Assembly: GCA_038062915.1 (NCBI GenBank)
Contig: JBBTWD010000016.1
Location: forward strand, 27,522-91,521
Direction: 5' to 3'
Length of the DNA: 64,000 nt
Source of the DNA: Patescibacteria group bacterium
Lineage (GTDB): Bacteria; Patescibacteriota; Microgenomatia; UBA8517
Shown here: piece by piece, positions 16,456-26,877 of the stretch
Layout of the letters: each line of letters opens with the position of its first letter
Position numbering within the stretch: position 1 is the first letter of the stretch
Program-made: the position numbers and the translations under genes
Notes under the pieces: model-generated
What the model was told of the DNA's origin: nothing
Database searches by the model: none
The model's input: only the letters and a program-made list of their open reading frames with translations

Positions 16456-17790
16456 ATGAAAAAAAGAAATCCAATAGTTGTAGTTTTGGGGCATGTAGAT
16501 CACGGTAAGACTACGCTTCTTGATGCAATTCGAAAAACTAGTGTGGCTTCACGAGAGGCAGGAGGAATTACGCAAAGTATCGGGGCTTCTGTTGTAAACG
16601 GAATTTGTTTTATTGACACACCGGGGCACGCCGCCTTTGGTAAAATGAGGGGGCGTGGGACAAGGGTTGCAGATATAGCCATCTTGGTTGTTTCAGCAGA
16701 TGATGGGATTAAACCACAAACAAAAGAAGCGCTTGAGATGATTAAGGAAGCTAAAATTCCATTTATTGTTGCTCTAACAAAGATTGATATAGTAGGAGTT
16801 CGTCTAGAGATAGTTCGTGGCCAGCTTGAAAAAGAAGGGCTACTCTTTGAAGGTAGAGAAGGAGAGGTTCCACTCGTTTCACTTTCTGCCAAAACAGGAG
16901 AAGGGTTAAAAAACCTTCTTGAAACAATCACACTTCTTTCTGAAGTTAATAATGTTTCAGGCGACCTCAATGCTCCACTTGAAGCGGTTATCATCGAGTC
17001 GTTTAAAGATGCAAGAGGCCCGGTTACCAATATCATAGTCAGAAACGGGAATATTAAAGTTGGGGATCAAATTGATATAGATAACTTATCAGGAAAAGTA
17101 AGGGGAATCTTTAATGATAAAGGAGAATCTGTCCGAGAAGTCCTACCCGGTGAACCATCTCAAGTTATTGGTTTAACCCAAAAACAAGATGTTGGTCCAA
17201 GAAAAGTTTTGGGTGATGCTAGACGGTTGGCAGAAGATGAACTGCCAATTGTATTAAAAGCAGCAAATTCAGGGATACTTGAGGCAATTATTGCCTCACT
17301 ACCCCCTAAAGTTATAGTTGTCGACTATGGAATTGGAGACGTTTTAGGTAATGATATTCTAACTGCAAAAGTAGGTAATGCCTATGTTTTTGCCTTTGGA
17401 ACAAAAATTCCAAATAACATTGCAAAATTAGCAGAAACAGAAGGAGTAAGGGTTAAAAAATTTGATATCATTTATGAGTTAATTTCAGAAATTGAAGAAA
17501 CCTTAAAAGGTGGAAAAGTTCAAATATTAGGTAAGGCTCAAGTTTTAGCAAGTTTTCCTTTTAATAAAAAAAGCGTTGCTGGGTGTAGAGTTTTAACCGG
17601 TAGATTTAATAAGGGTGATCGCTTAATTTTAACCAGAGACGAAAAAGAAATTGGAAAAGCAAAAGCCCTGACAATTAAAAAACAGAAAGTAGACACAACT
17701 TCGGTTGGGGCTAATGAGGAATTTGGAGTAATCTTAGAACCCCAACTTGATTTCCAAGTTAATGATGTGTTACTATCGGTCACAAAATGA
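16456..17790 (+). CDS. infB: translation initiation factor IF-2 (minimal, 444 aa, no N-terminal extension)
   Basis: [17 protein letters not shown] and TKID G-domain motifs. Begins directly at the G domain. Confidence 0.85.
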   Translation: MKKRNPIVVVLGHVDHGKTTLLDAIRKTSVASREAGGITQSIGASVVNGICFIDTPGHAAFGKMRGRGTRVADIAILVVSADDGIKPQTKEALEMIKEAKIPFIVALTKIDIVGVRLEIVRGQLEKEGLLFEGREGEVPLVSLSAKTGEGLKNLLETITLLSEVNNVSGDLNAPLEAVIIESFKDARGPVTNIIVRNGNIKVGDQIDIDNLSGKVRGIFNDKGESVREVLPGEPSQVIGLTQKQDVGPRKVLGDARRLAEDELPIVLKAANSGILEAIIASLPPKVIVVDYGIGDVLGNDILTAKVGNAYVFAFGTKIPNNIAKLAETEGVRVKKFDIIYELISEIEETLKGGKVQILGKAQVLASFPFNKKSVAGCRVLTGRFNKGDRLILTRDEKEIGKAKALTIKKQKVDTTSVGANEEFGVILEPQLDFQVNDVLLSVTK

Positions 17791-18671
17791 ACGATTCTTT
17801 TTCTTCTTTGATTAGCTCTGCCAATTCTATTCTGGTGCTTTTGCCAAGTAAACCGTATTTCGATCAGGTAGCAGCAGGGCTTTCACTCTATCTCACTTTA
17901 AAAGATCAGAAACCAACTACAATTTTTTCATCTAGTTCGATGACCGTGGGCTTTAATAGATTAATTGGTGTAGACAAAATTTCTTCAAACCTTGGAGATA
18001 AAAATTTGGTGATTAAATTTACCAACTATGATGGAAATGGAATTGACAAAGTAAAAGCGGATTTAGAAAATGGAGAATTTATTTTGACAGTTATACCCAA
18101 ACCAGGCTTTAATTCTCCAAAAAAGGAGCAACTATCCCTATCAACTGCTGGGGTTTCTGCTGATTTATTAATCCTTATAGGGGGAGCAAGTGATTCTCAT
18201 TTTCCGGAATTGGCTGACAAGCAGTTGCAAGGAGTCAAAATCCTACATATTGGCACACGCGTTTTGACGAGTGATCGTGGGATTATGTCATTTGCAAAAC
18301 CTGGTTCTTCAGTCTCTGAACTTATTGCCTCCACAATTAAAGAAAATGGGATTCCAATGGATTCTGACTCTGCAACAAACCTAATTATGGGAATTGAGGA
18401 AGGGAGTAGTCATTTTGAAAGTAGCGAGGTAACTCCTGAAACATTTGAAATTTTTGCCCACCTTCTTCGAAATGGGGGTCAAAGAATGCCAAAAACAATA
18501 CCAGAGCCGAAGAGTTTCCCTATGGGAAGTATTCCGACTCAGCCTTTCGGACAAAAAGTATCACAAGTAGATCCGGTTTTAGAACAGATTGAGGCAAAAG
18601 AAGAGATTGTCGAGAATCCTCCACAAGATTGGTTACAACCAAAGATTTACAAAGGGACTAGCGTAAGTTAA
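17787..18671 (+). CDS. DHH/DHHA1-like (NrnA-like) protein with degenerate catalytic motifs
   Basis: 294 aa. In the infB-(rbfA)-nrnA-truB-rpsO-pnp neighbourhood. DxD appears as YFD and DHH as DSH, so it is probably inactive. Confidence 0.35.
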   Translation: MNDSFSSLISSANSILVLLPSKPYFDQVAAGLSLYLTLKDQKPTTIFSSSSMTVGFNRLIGVDKISSNLGDKNLVIKFTNYDGNGIDKVKADLENGEFILTVIPKPGFNSPKKEQLSLSTAGVSADLLILIGGASDSHFPELADKQLQGVKILHIGTRVLTSDRGIMSFAKPGSSVSELIASTIKENGIPMDSDSATNLIMGIEEGSSHFESSEVTPETFEIFAHLLRNGGQRMPKTIPEPKSFPMGSIPTQPFGQKVSQVDPVLEQIEAKEEIVENPPQDWLQPKIYKGTSVS

Positions 18672-18747
18672 GTTTATATGTTATCATTTGCAAGATGTTA
18701 ACAAGGTTTGCTCTGGAATGAGCCTACTTTGTTCCACATGACGACCT

Positions 18748-19017
18748 ATGGCATTAGCAAAAGATTTAAAGCTAGAATTAATAAAGAAATTTGCTCGAGA
18801 AAAAGGCGACACAGGTTCTCCTGAAGTTCAAATTGCGCTTCTCTCAACACAAATAGAGAAATTAACAGCTCACTTAAAGGAACATAAAAAAGATACTCAT
18901 TCAAGACGAGGGCTTTTGAGCATGGTAGCTAAAAGAAGAAGACTTTTGTCTTATCTTCAAAAACATGACGAGGGGCGTTATAAAGACCTCATTAAAGAAT
19001 TAAAATTAGACAAGTGA
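18748..19017 (+). CDS. rpsO: 30S ribosomal protein S15
   Basis: 89 aa. Canonical S15 sequence upstream of pnp. Confidence 0.9.
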   Translation: MALAKDLKLELIKKFAREKGDTGSPEVQIALLSTQIEKLTAHLKEHKKDTHSRRGLLSMVAKRRRLLSYLQKHDEGRYKDLIKELKLDK

Positions 19018-21371
19018 AAAAAATAGAAAAATCAATTGAACTTGGAGGTAGAACCCTAACTTTAACTACAGGTGAACTTGCCCAGCAAGCCGCCGGCGCT
19101 GTTATGGCCAGACATGGCGATACTGTAGTTTTGGCTACTGTCGCTTCAGCGCCACTTAAAATTGAGCTCGACTATTTCCCTTTAACTTTAGAATATCAAG
19201 AAAAGCTTTACGCCGGCGGGCGAATCAAAGGTAGTCGCTGGGTTAAAAGAGAAGGCAGACCCACAGATGAAGAAATTCTTTCAGCTCGCCTGATAGACCG
19301 TTCAATTCGTCCACTTTTCCCTAAAACTTATAAACGTGAAGTCCAAGTAATTATCACGGTTCTTTCGGTAGATATGGAATCTGATCCATCAATTTTAAGT
19401 GCAATCGCGGCTTCAGCTGCAATTCATATATCAAATCTCCCCTGGAAGGGTCCTGTAGCTCCGCTTACCGTAGGACTTGTTGATGGAAAGTATTTAGTCA
19501 ATCCGACAGCAAAAGATTTAGAAGCTAGCTCGATGGACCTAACTGTTTCTTGCACAAAAGACGCCATTTTAATGGTCGAAGCTGGCGCACGCGAAGTAAC
19601 TGAAGAAGAAATTATTAAAGGTGTTGAGTTTGCAGTCAAAGAGTCAAAAGCAGTTCTAAAGTTAATTGAGGATATGGCTAAAGAGGTTGGGGTAGAAAGG
19701 GAAGTTTATAAAGAAGAAAAGCCTTCGGCCGAACTTGAATCACAAGTTAAAAAATTAGTTGGTAACAAAATTGAAGATTTAGTTAAAAACATGGCCTTTC
19801 ATGAAGGGCCAACTGGGGAATATGCGGAATTTGTTGATGCAGTTAAAAGTAACTTCGAGAAGGATGAAGATAAAAAGTTTGTTCTCGATATTGTTGACCA
19901 TTTAAAGAAAGACTTTATTCGTGAACAAATTCTCAAAAAAGGAAAACGACCAGATGGCAGAAAATTAACAGAGATTAGAGAACTATCAGGGCAAGTTGGA
20001 TATCTGCCTAGAGTTCATGGTTCGGCACTCTTTAAAAGAGGCCAAACCCATGTTTTATCAGTTGCTACTCTTGGAGCTTCCAAATTGGGTCAACTACTAG
20101 AGTCAGCCGAAGGAGAAGTTGAAAAACACTACATGCATCAGTACAACATGGCTCCTTTTGCGAGTGGTGAAACAGGAAGAGTGGGGAATCCTGGTAGGCG
20201 AGAAATTGGCCATGGTGCACTAGCTGAAAGGGCCTTGATACCAGTTATTCCTTCAATCGAGGAATTTCCATACGCAATTCGAGTAGTTTCAGAAGTAATG
20301 AGTTCAAACGGTTCAACATCAATGGCTAGTGTTTGTGGCTCCACCCTTTCTTTAATGGATGCTGGAGTCCCTATAAAATCGCCTGTAGCTGGAATAGCCA
20401 TGGGGCTTATATTTGGAGATAAGGCCATGCCTGCCGGTAGGCAGGAGTATGCGGTTCTCTCTGACATTATGGGGATTGAAGATTTTAATGGGGATATGGA
20501 CTTTAAAGTGGCGGGAACTTCTAAAGGAATCACGGCGCTCCAGTTAGATGTAAAAACATTAAATTTAACCAGTGAAATTTTACGTGAGGCACTCATACAA
20601 TCAAAAGATGCAAGAGCCAAGGTGATGAAGTCGATAACCGACATATTGAAAGCTCCGAGAGCTGAAGTTTCAGTATTTGCACCAAAGATCAAGGTTGTTA
20701 AGATTCCAGCAGACAGAATAGGAGAGTTTGTAGGACCTGGTGGAAAAGCTATCAAGAAATTAATAGCAGATACTGGAGCACAAATTGAAGTTAATGATGA
20801 TGGTGGAGTAAGTATTTCTGCAATTGACGAAAGTGCAATAGCTAAAGCTGTAACTTGGGTGGAAGGATTTGCAAAAGTAGTTGGGGCAGGTGAAGTTTAC
20901 GAAGGAACAGTAGCTAGAGTCTTAAATTTTGGAGCTTTTGTAGAAATCTTGCCCGGAAAAGAAGGGATGGTTCATGTTAGTGACATGGGTCAAGAGGGAT
21001 TTGTAGCAACAGCAGAAAGTGTCGTTAAAGTTGGAGATAAAATTCAAGTTCGAGTCAAAGAAATTGACGATATGGGCAGAATTAATTTGTCAATGAATTT
21101 AGATCCTGCAATGGATGAAAAAATCAGGGTTGAAAGATCCCACTTCGCTCCTCGCGGAGCTTCGAGGGACAATGCAAGAGGTGGGTTTGGTGGAGGAAGA
21201 TCATTTGGCGGTGGAGCAAGATCTGGTGGATACCAAAGAAGCGGAGGATTTTCCCCCAGAGGACGATCCTCTTTTGGAGGAAACAGAGATGGTCGTGGTG
21301 GGTCGGGTGGTCCCCACTTCCCAACTTCAAGATTGGTAGATGACAGCAGTAAAAAAGACTTCGGGAGATAA
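19014..21371 (+). CDS. pnp: polynucleotide phosphorylase with C-terminal RGG/Gly-Arg-rich tail
   Basis: Two RNase PH domains, KH and S1, then about 85 aa of [42 protein letters not shown]. Confidence 0.95.
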   Translation: MKKIEKSIELGGRTLTLTTGELAQQAAGAVMARHGDTVVLATVASAPLKIELDYFPLTLEYQEKLYAGGRIKGSRWVKREGRPTDEEILSARLIDRSIRPLFPKTYKREVQVIITVLSVDMESDPSILSAIAASAAIHISNLPWKGPVAPLTVGLVDGKYLVNPTAKDLEASSMDLTVSCTKDAILMVEAGAREVTEEEIIKGVEFAVKESKAVLKLIEDMAKEVGVEREVYKEEKPSAELESQVKKLVGNKIEDLVKNMAFHEGPTGEYAEFVDAVKSNFEKDEDKKFVLDIVDHLKKDFIREQILKKGKRPDGRKLTEIRELSGQVGYLPRVHGSALFKRGQTHVLSVATLGASKLGQLLESAEGEVEKHYMHQYNMAPFASGETGRVGNPGRREIGHGALAERALIPVIPSIEEFPYAIRVVSEVMSSNGSTSMASVCGSTLSLMDAGVPIKSPVAGIAMGLIFGDKAMPAGRQEYAVLSDIMGIEDFNGDMDFKVAGTSKGITALQLDVKTLNLTSEILREALIQSKDARAKVMKSITDILKAPRAEVSVFAPKIKVVKIPADRIGEFVGPGGKAIKKLIADTGAQIEVNDDGGVSISAIDESAIAKAVTWVEGFAKVVGAGEVYEGTVARVLNFGAFVEILPGKEGMVHVSDMGQEGFVATAESVVKVGDKIQVRVKEIDDMGRINLSMNLDPAMDEKIRVERSHFAPRGASRDNARGGFGGGRSFGGGARSGGYQRSGGFSPRGRSSFGGNRDGRGGSGGPHFPTSRLVDDSSKKDFGR

Positions 21372-21380
21372 ACAACCTCT

Positions 21381-21408
21381 TTACAATCGTCTAATAATCG
21401 TCTATAAT
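21381..21408 (+). promoter_or_regulatory. sigma70-like promoter TTACAA-16-TATAAT with embedded direct repeat aatcgtcta x2, upstream of fic
   Basis: TTACAA at 21381-21386 and TATAAT at 21403-21408. aatcgtctaataatcgtcta fills the spacer. Confidence 0.4.
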
Positions 21409-21448
21409 ACGGCTAGTAGTGCCAAGCCTCGCTTAATATACGTCTAGT

Positions 21449-22498
21449 ATGTTTAATCCTAAATTTGCCATTACCAACAAACTCCTTTCAAATATTAAAG
21501 AAATAGGATCAATTATCACCGAACTTAACAATAGGAAATTTTCTAACCTAGTTCTGGTGGAAATGGAAAGGCTTGCTCGCGAAATCTCTTCGCATGCCTC
21601 AACTAGTATTGAAGGTAATCCACTACCATTAACCGATGTTAAACGACTGATTAAAACTGACCCGAAAAATATTCGTGATAGTGAAAAAGAAGTCCTAAAT
21701 TATAATAACGTCTTAAAACAAATAAACAAAAATCTTAAAAACAATAACATTCATTTTTCCCTAGATTTGATCTTAAAGATACAAAAAGGAGTTGTTGATG
21801 ATCTGCTACCAGATTACGACACAGGGGTGTTACGAAAGCGGCCAGTGTTTGTAAATAACCCGTCATTAAGAAAGGTAGTTTATCTACCTCCAGATCATTC
21901 TAATGTCCCCCTATTAATAGATGAACTGATTATGTTTATAAAAAGCAAGAGTGATGAAATAGACCCAATAATATTGGCGGGAATATTTCATAAACAATTT
22001 GTTTTAATCCATCCGTTTATAGATGGAAATGGAAGAACGACAAGACTACTCACAAAGATTTTACTTGCGGAAATGGGTCTGAATACTTTTAATTTGTTTA
22101 GTTTTGAAAATTATTACAATAAAAATGTAACAAGATATTTTGAATTTGTTGGAGAAATTGGTAATTACTATGAATTAAGTAAAAATGTTGATTTTACGAA
22201 GTGGCTTGAATATTTTACCGATGGAATTATTGATGAACTTTTAAGGGTTAAAAAGATACTTAGTATTCAAGTTGATCCTAAAAATGTAGTTTATAGTCAT
22301 GACCAAAAGGTGTTGGATTTTGTTGAAAAAAACGGATTTATTAAAAATAGTGATTACGCCAAGTTAATTAAGCGCTCAAAAGCTATGCGAGTAATCAATC
22401 TTAATAGACTAATTGAAATGGGTTTAATTGAGCGGAAAGGAAAAGGTAAGGCAACTTTTTATGTTTTAAAAAAGACTTTGGGAGATAAATTTCACTAA
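21449..22498 (+). CDS. Fic/DOC family protein (AMPylation-type active site) with C-terminal winged-helix region
   Basis: HPFIDGNGRTTR matches the Fic motif HxFx(D/E)GNGRxxR. 349 aa. Confidence 0.8.
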   Translation: MFNPKFAITNKLLSNIKEIGSIITELNNRKFSNLVLVEMERLAREISSHASTSIEGNPLPLTDVKRLIKTDPKNIRDSEKEVLNYNNVLKQINKNLKNNNIHFSLDLILKIQKGVVDDLLPDYDTGVLRKRPVFVNNPSLRKVVYLPPDHSNVPLLIDELIMFIKSKSDEIDPIILAGIFHKQFVLIHPFIDGNGRTTRLLTKILLAEMGLNTFNLFSFENYYNKNVTRYFEFVGEIGNYYELSKNVDFTKWLEYFTDGIIDELLRVKKILSIQVDPKNVVYSHDQKVLDFVEKNGFIKNSDYAKLIKRSKAMRVINLNRLIEMGLIERKGKGKATFYVLKKTLGDKFH

Positions 22499-22517
22499 TT
22501 AATATATAATCGGCCAA

Positions 22518-23066
22518 GTGAACGATAATTTAAAACAAAAAATTAGAATATTTCAGAATATCCTTAATAAAATTCCGGAATTTAGATATATTGGCGATCC
22601 AATCTTAAGAAAAAGAACTAAGAAAGTTAGTTTGTCTGAAGGAATTAAGATAGGTAATAAATTAGGTAAAGTTTTGATTAAATATAGAAAAATTGCAGGA
22701 TTTGGTAGAGGTCTGGCTGCCCCCCAAATTGGAATTGATAAATCTGTCTTTGTAAGCTTTGTTGATGACAAGCTTCAAATTTTTATTAATCCTGTAATAA
22801 CCAAAGTTTCAAAAACTAAAAATTACTTCAGGGAACTTTGTTTAAGCACGGGATTTATATGGGGAGATGTTAAGAGATCGGAATGGATGGAGCTTAAATG
22901 GACCAATGAGGCAGGAAAACTTCAAAAACAAAAGTTTGATAGTTTTATGGCAAGACTTATTCAACATGAATATGCACATTTGTTAGGGGAAACAAATTTA
23001 GACGCAGCTGAAAACAAAACTATTGAATTTGCCAAAAATCCACTTGAAGAAAAACTTCGTAGATAA
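22518..23066 (+). CDS. def: peptide deformylase
   Basis: GRGLAAPQIG, ELCLS and QHEYAHL correspond to PDF motifs 1-3. Confidence 0.8.
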   Translation: MNDNLKQKIRIFQNILNKIPEFRYIGDPILRKRTKKVSLSEGIKIGNKLGKVLIKYRKIAGFGRGLAAPQIGIDKSVFVSFVDDKLQIFINPVITKVSKTKNYFRELCLSTGFIWGDVKRSEWMELKWTNEAGKLQKQKFDSFMARLIQHEYAHLLGETNLDAAENKTIEFAKNPLEEKLRR

Positions 23067-23146
23067 GACACCTATTTATTATTAATTAAACTTCCACGAA
23101 TTAATTATATCACCATGTTTCAACTTCCTGTTATACTCTAATTGAT

Positions 23147-24193
23147 ATGGATTCTGCTGCCCAGGAAATTACCACTTTAGTTGATAGAGTTAAAAAAGCT
23201 TCAATGCCAGATAAGCTTCGTGAATTAGTACTCGTACGACTTAATCAACTTTCAAAATTAACCTCGTCTGCAACTTTTTTACCTGAATTTGATCGAATGG
23301 AAAAGTATATTGATTGGATTTGTGATCTTCCCTGGGACAAAAGAACGCAGGATATCCTTGACCTCGAGAATGCCAAGAAAGTTTTGGATGCACATCACTA
23401 TGGACTAGACGACATCAAAACTAGAGTTTTGGAGTATACGAGTGTGATGAAACTTAAACAAGAAAAAGGAGAGAGTAAGGACATATATCGTGCTCCAATT
23501 CTTTGTTTTGTGGGTTTAGTCGGAACAGGGAAAACTACGATTGCATTTTCAATTGCAGAAGCCCTAGGCCGGCCCATTGCTCGCATTCCTTTTGGAGGGA
23601 TGGGAGATCCACTAGATCTTCGAGGTCAGAGTAGAATGCACCCAGAAGCCGAACCGGGTAAAATTATTAAGGCACTGCGGGATTGCCAAAGCAGAAATCC
23701 TGTAATACTTCTTGATGAAATTGATAGGGTAACTGATCAAGGAAGGGCTTCTATAATGGGAGTTTTGGTTGAGCTACTTGATCCTAAACAAAACCACGCG
23801 TTTGTCGATCACTATATCGATTTTCCGTTTGATTTATCTGAAGCCTTGTTTATAGCTACAGCCAATAACACTACAAGTATAGCAACTGCCGTTATGGATA
23901 GATTAGAACCCATTGGGATGCCAAGCTATACCGATCAAGAAAAAATTATTATTGGACAGAAATATATAATGCCATCTGCGATGAAAGCGTCAGGACTTCC
24001 TAATGGAAGTTTGACCATTGATGATGACGTTTGGGCGAGTATAGTAAGGCCCCTTGGATATGATGCTGGAATTCGTACACTGGAAAGAAACATTGATGGA
24101 GTTGTAAGGAAAGTTGCTAAAATGATAGTAGAGGGAAAATCAACTTCAGCCCATATCACTTCTGCCAACGTTAAAGAATTTTTACCACAATAG
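23147..24193 (+). CDS. Lon-derived AAA+ ATPase module without LON N-domain and without S16 protease domain
   Basis: Lon pre-AAA helix (MPDKLRE...YIDWICDLPW), Walker A GLVGTGKTT, Walker B ILLDEIDR, sensor ATAN, and MDRLEPI..YTDQEK. The ORF stops where the Lon protease domain would start. Confidence 0.7.
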   Translation: MDSAAQEITTLVDRVKKASMPDKLRELVLVRLNQLSKLTSSATFLPEFDRMEKYIDWICDLPWDKRTQDILDLENAKKVLDAHHYGLDDIKTRVLEYTSVMKLKQEKGESKDIYRAPILCFVGLVGTGKTTIAFSIAEALGRPIARIPFGGMGDPLDLRGQSRMHPEAEPGKIIKALRDCQSRNPVILLDEIDRVTDQGRASIMGVLVELLDPKQNHAFVDHYIDFPFDLSEALFIATANNTTSIATAVMDRLEPIGMPSYTDQEKIIIGQKYIMPSAMKASGLPNGSLTIDDDVWASIVRPLGYDAGIRTLERNIDGVVRKVAKMIVEGKSTSAHITSANVKEFLPQ

Positions 24194-24207
24194 TATAAAA
24201 TAGGCTA

Positions 24208-24654
24208 GTGAAAATACTTATTATCTCTGATTCTCATGGTAATATTGCCAACATTAAGCATGTAATGGGTTTTGCAACCAACATAAATGCAAATGCTGTA
24301 ATTCACTGTGGGGATTGGGATAATTTAGAATCAGTTAAAACGGTTTTATCTTTCGGCATTCCCCTATATTCAGTTCTAGGAAATGCTGATACTGATCCGG
24401 GCTTTAAATTTAAAGAATTTTTAGAGGTCAATATTGATAATAGAAAAATTGGGGTTACACATAAACCAAGTGGTGTTAAGAAATATTTTGAAGGTAAAAA
24501 AATGGACATTATTTTTTGTGGACATTTACATTCGAAGGATGAAAGAATGTTAAATGAGGTAAGAGTTGCCCGTCCTGGAGCAATCCTAAATGGAATTAAT
24601 TTTGCGGTCTATGAAACTAAAGCAAATACAGTAGAATTTTTTCAAGATGAGTAA
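24208..24654 (+). CDS. metallophosphoesterase (YfcE/MJ0936-like)
   Basis: ISDSHGN, GDWDN, GNAD and GHLH motifs. 148 aa. Confidence 0.7.
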   Translation: MKILIISDSHGNIANIKHVMGFATNINANAVIHCGDWDNLESVKTVLSFGIPLYSVLGNADTDPGFKFKEFLEVNIDNRKIGVTHKPSGVKKYFEGKKMDIIFCGHLHSKDERMLNEVRVARPGAILNGINFAVYETKANTVEFFQDE

Positions 24655-25219
24655 ATACGAATTACTTCATAAACTAAAAGAAAAAATGGAAAAAGATAAT
24701 TCATTGCCTCTTAAAAAAGGCGCTAATAAATTAGTTTTTGGATCGGGAAATACTGAAGCAAAAGTTTTACTAATTGGAGAGGGACCAGGAAGAAATGAGG
24801 ATGTTCAGGGATTACCATTTGTTGGTCAAGCTGGAAAGTTATTAGATAAATTACTTTTGTTGGCAGGTTTAGAAAGAAAAAAAGTTTTTGTTACAAACGT
24901 GGTTCACCACAGACCTCCTGAAAATCGTGACCCATTTCCCAGTGAAATAGAAGCCTATGGCAAGTACCTTGACAAAATTCTGGAAATTATTAAACCCAAA
25001 TTAATCATAACTTTAGGTAGATTTTCCATGGCAAAATTTTTACCAAACGTTTACATAAGTTCAGTGCATGGTAAAAAGTTTGAGTTAATTGTTAATAGTA
25101 AAAAGTTAATTGTTATCCCCATGTATCATCCGGCGGCATCGTTACGCAATGGCAATGTTTTAGAACAAGAAAAGAAAGACTTCTTACATTTAAAAGAAAT
25201 ATTGAGTAAAATAAGATAA
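24647..25219 (+). CDS. uracil-DNA glycosylase family 4-like, cysteine-free (no Fe-S ligands)
   Basis: GEGPGRNED, PFVGQAGKLL and HPAA motifs. The protein has no Cys. Confidence 0.65.
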   Translation: MSKYELLHKLKEKMEKDNSLPLKKGANKLVFGSGNTEAKVLLIGEGPGRNEDVQGLPFVGQAGKLLDKLLLLAGLERKKVFVTNVVHHRPPENRDPFPSEIEAYGKYLDKILEIIKPKLIITLGRFSMAKFLPNVYISSVHGKKFELIVNSKKLIVIPMYHPAASLRNGNVLEQEKKDFLHLKEILSKIR

Positions 25220-26871
25220 TGGCTTTAAAGTTTATCGCTCTTTCCGGGACTGTCGGTGTAACCGAGAATCTCTATGTTTACGAAACAGATAGAGACATGA
25301 TGGTTGTTGATTGTGGTGTGGGATTTCCTGATCTTGAAATGCCTGGGGTAGAACTTGTTCTTCCCGATTTTTCTTACATTATTAAAAATAAAAACAAGTT
25401 ACGGGGAACAATCCTTTCTCAAGGACATGATGATCACGTTGGGGCCCTACCATTTCTTCTAAAGGAAGTGAATACTCCTATCTGGTGTACGGCTCTTGTC
25501 ACTGAATTTTTAAAAGTTAAGTTTAAAGATTATGGAGTTAAAAATTATCAAATTAATACATTTAACCCAGAACGAGATGTTTTTGAGGTGGGATCATTTA
25601 AAATTAATTCATTTAGGGTCACTCACTCGGTTCCCGACACTGTTGGTTTTGCAATCGATACCCCAGAAGGGAGAATCTTCCATGTGGCAGAGCATAAAAT
25701 GGACCAAACTTCAGTTGATGGGATGAGTTTTGACATTCTAAAAGCAAAAAAATTTGCGGATGAAAAAGAAGCGCTTTGTTTAATGTCTGATTGTTTGGGA
25801 TCAAATGACCCGGGATATACTCTAAGTGGAGTTTCTATTGAAGAAAATTTGCTAAAAATCGCAAAAAATGCTGGGCGCGGGGCCATTTATATGACTGCCA
25901 TCTCCTCAAGTATCGGAAGATTTCAGCAAATGATAAATGTTGCCACGAAGATTCATAGAAAAATTGTTCTTGTTGGCCGTTCCATTCAAAGTAAAGTTGA
26001 AATTGCTTATAACCTTGGTTATTTAAAATATTTACCAAGCCAAATAATCGATCTTAAAGAATCTCAAAAGTACGACGCGAGCCAAATCGTGTACATTATT
26101 GCCGGTTGTTATGGGCAAGTCGGAAGTTCTGTTTACAGACTTGCTCTAGGAGAACATGACAGAGTCAAAGCTAATCTAGGTGATACATTTATATTCTCGG
26201 CCGATCCCGGGCCAGCATACTCTAAAGAAGCCCAAGATTTAATTGTTGATGAATTAATTGATATTGGAGTAGATGTTCATTATTACGACTTAAATGAAGG
26301 ACTTCATGTTTCAGGTCATGGTAGCCAGGAGGACATTATAGAGTTATTTAAAATTGTCAAACCAAAATATTTTATTCCAACAGGTGGAACAATTAGATAT
26401 ATGTCTTCGTATCAAAAACTAGTTGTTGGTATGGGCAAACCTAAAGAAAATGTTTTTAGATTAAAGCCAGGTGAGAGTGTAATTTTTGAAAATGGAAATG
26501 CAAGGCGAGGAGAAACAATTAAAACAAGAGAGGTTATGGTCCACGGCCTTGGAATCGGAGATATTGGAAAGGTTGTTCTTGAAGATAGAACCGCACTGGG
26601 TAAAGAGGGGATTGTGGCCGTAACGCTTCTTGTTGGCAGAAACGGTATGGTTAGCAAAAAACCAGAAATGACTAGTCGGGGATTTGTTTTTGAACAAAAA
26701 TACCGTGGAATATTGGACGATGCGGCAAATAATTTACTGGACAATTTAAAAAGCAAAAAGGCTAAAAATATAGCGGAGTTAAAAAGTGTAACGGAGCATT
26801 TTTTAGAAAAATACTTTTTTGATAAAACTGGCCGCCGCCCCATGGTACTCCCCGTTGTAATTGAAGTATAA
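25219..26871 (+). CDS. rnj: ribonuclease J (metallo-beta-lactamase/beta-CASP)
   Basis: HGHDDHVGALPFLL and beta-CASP motifs. 550 aa. Confidence 0.85.
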   Translation: MALKFIALSGTVGVTENLYVYETDRDMMVVDCGVGFPDLEMPGVELVLPDFSYIIKNKNKLRGTILSQGHDDHVGALPFLLKEVNTPIWCTALVTEFLKVKFKDYGVKNYQINTFNPERDVFEVGSFKINSFRVTHSVPDTVGFAIDTPEGRIFHVAEHKMDQTSVDGMSFDILKAKKFADEKEALCLMSDCLGSNDPGYTLSGVSIEENLLKIAKNAGRGAIYMTAISSSIGRFQQMINVATKIHRKIVLVGRSIQSKVEIAYNLGYLKYLPSQIIDLKESQKYDASQIVYIIAGCYGQVGSSVYRLALGEHDRVKANLGDTFIFSADPGPAYSKEAQDLIVDELIDIGVDVHYYDLNEGLHVSGHGSQEDIIELFKIVKPKYFIPTGGTIRYMSSYQKLVVGMGKPKENVFRLKPGESVIFENGNARRGETIKTREVMVHGLGIGDIGKVVLEDRTALGKEGIVAVTLLVGRNGMVSKKPEMTSRGFVFEQKYRGILDDAANNLLDNLKSKKAKNIAELKSVTEHFLEKYFFDKTGRRPMVLPVVIEV

Positions 26872-26877
26872 TGAATC

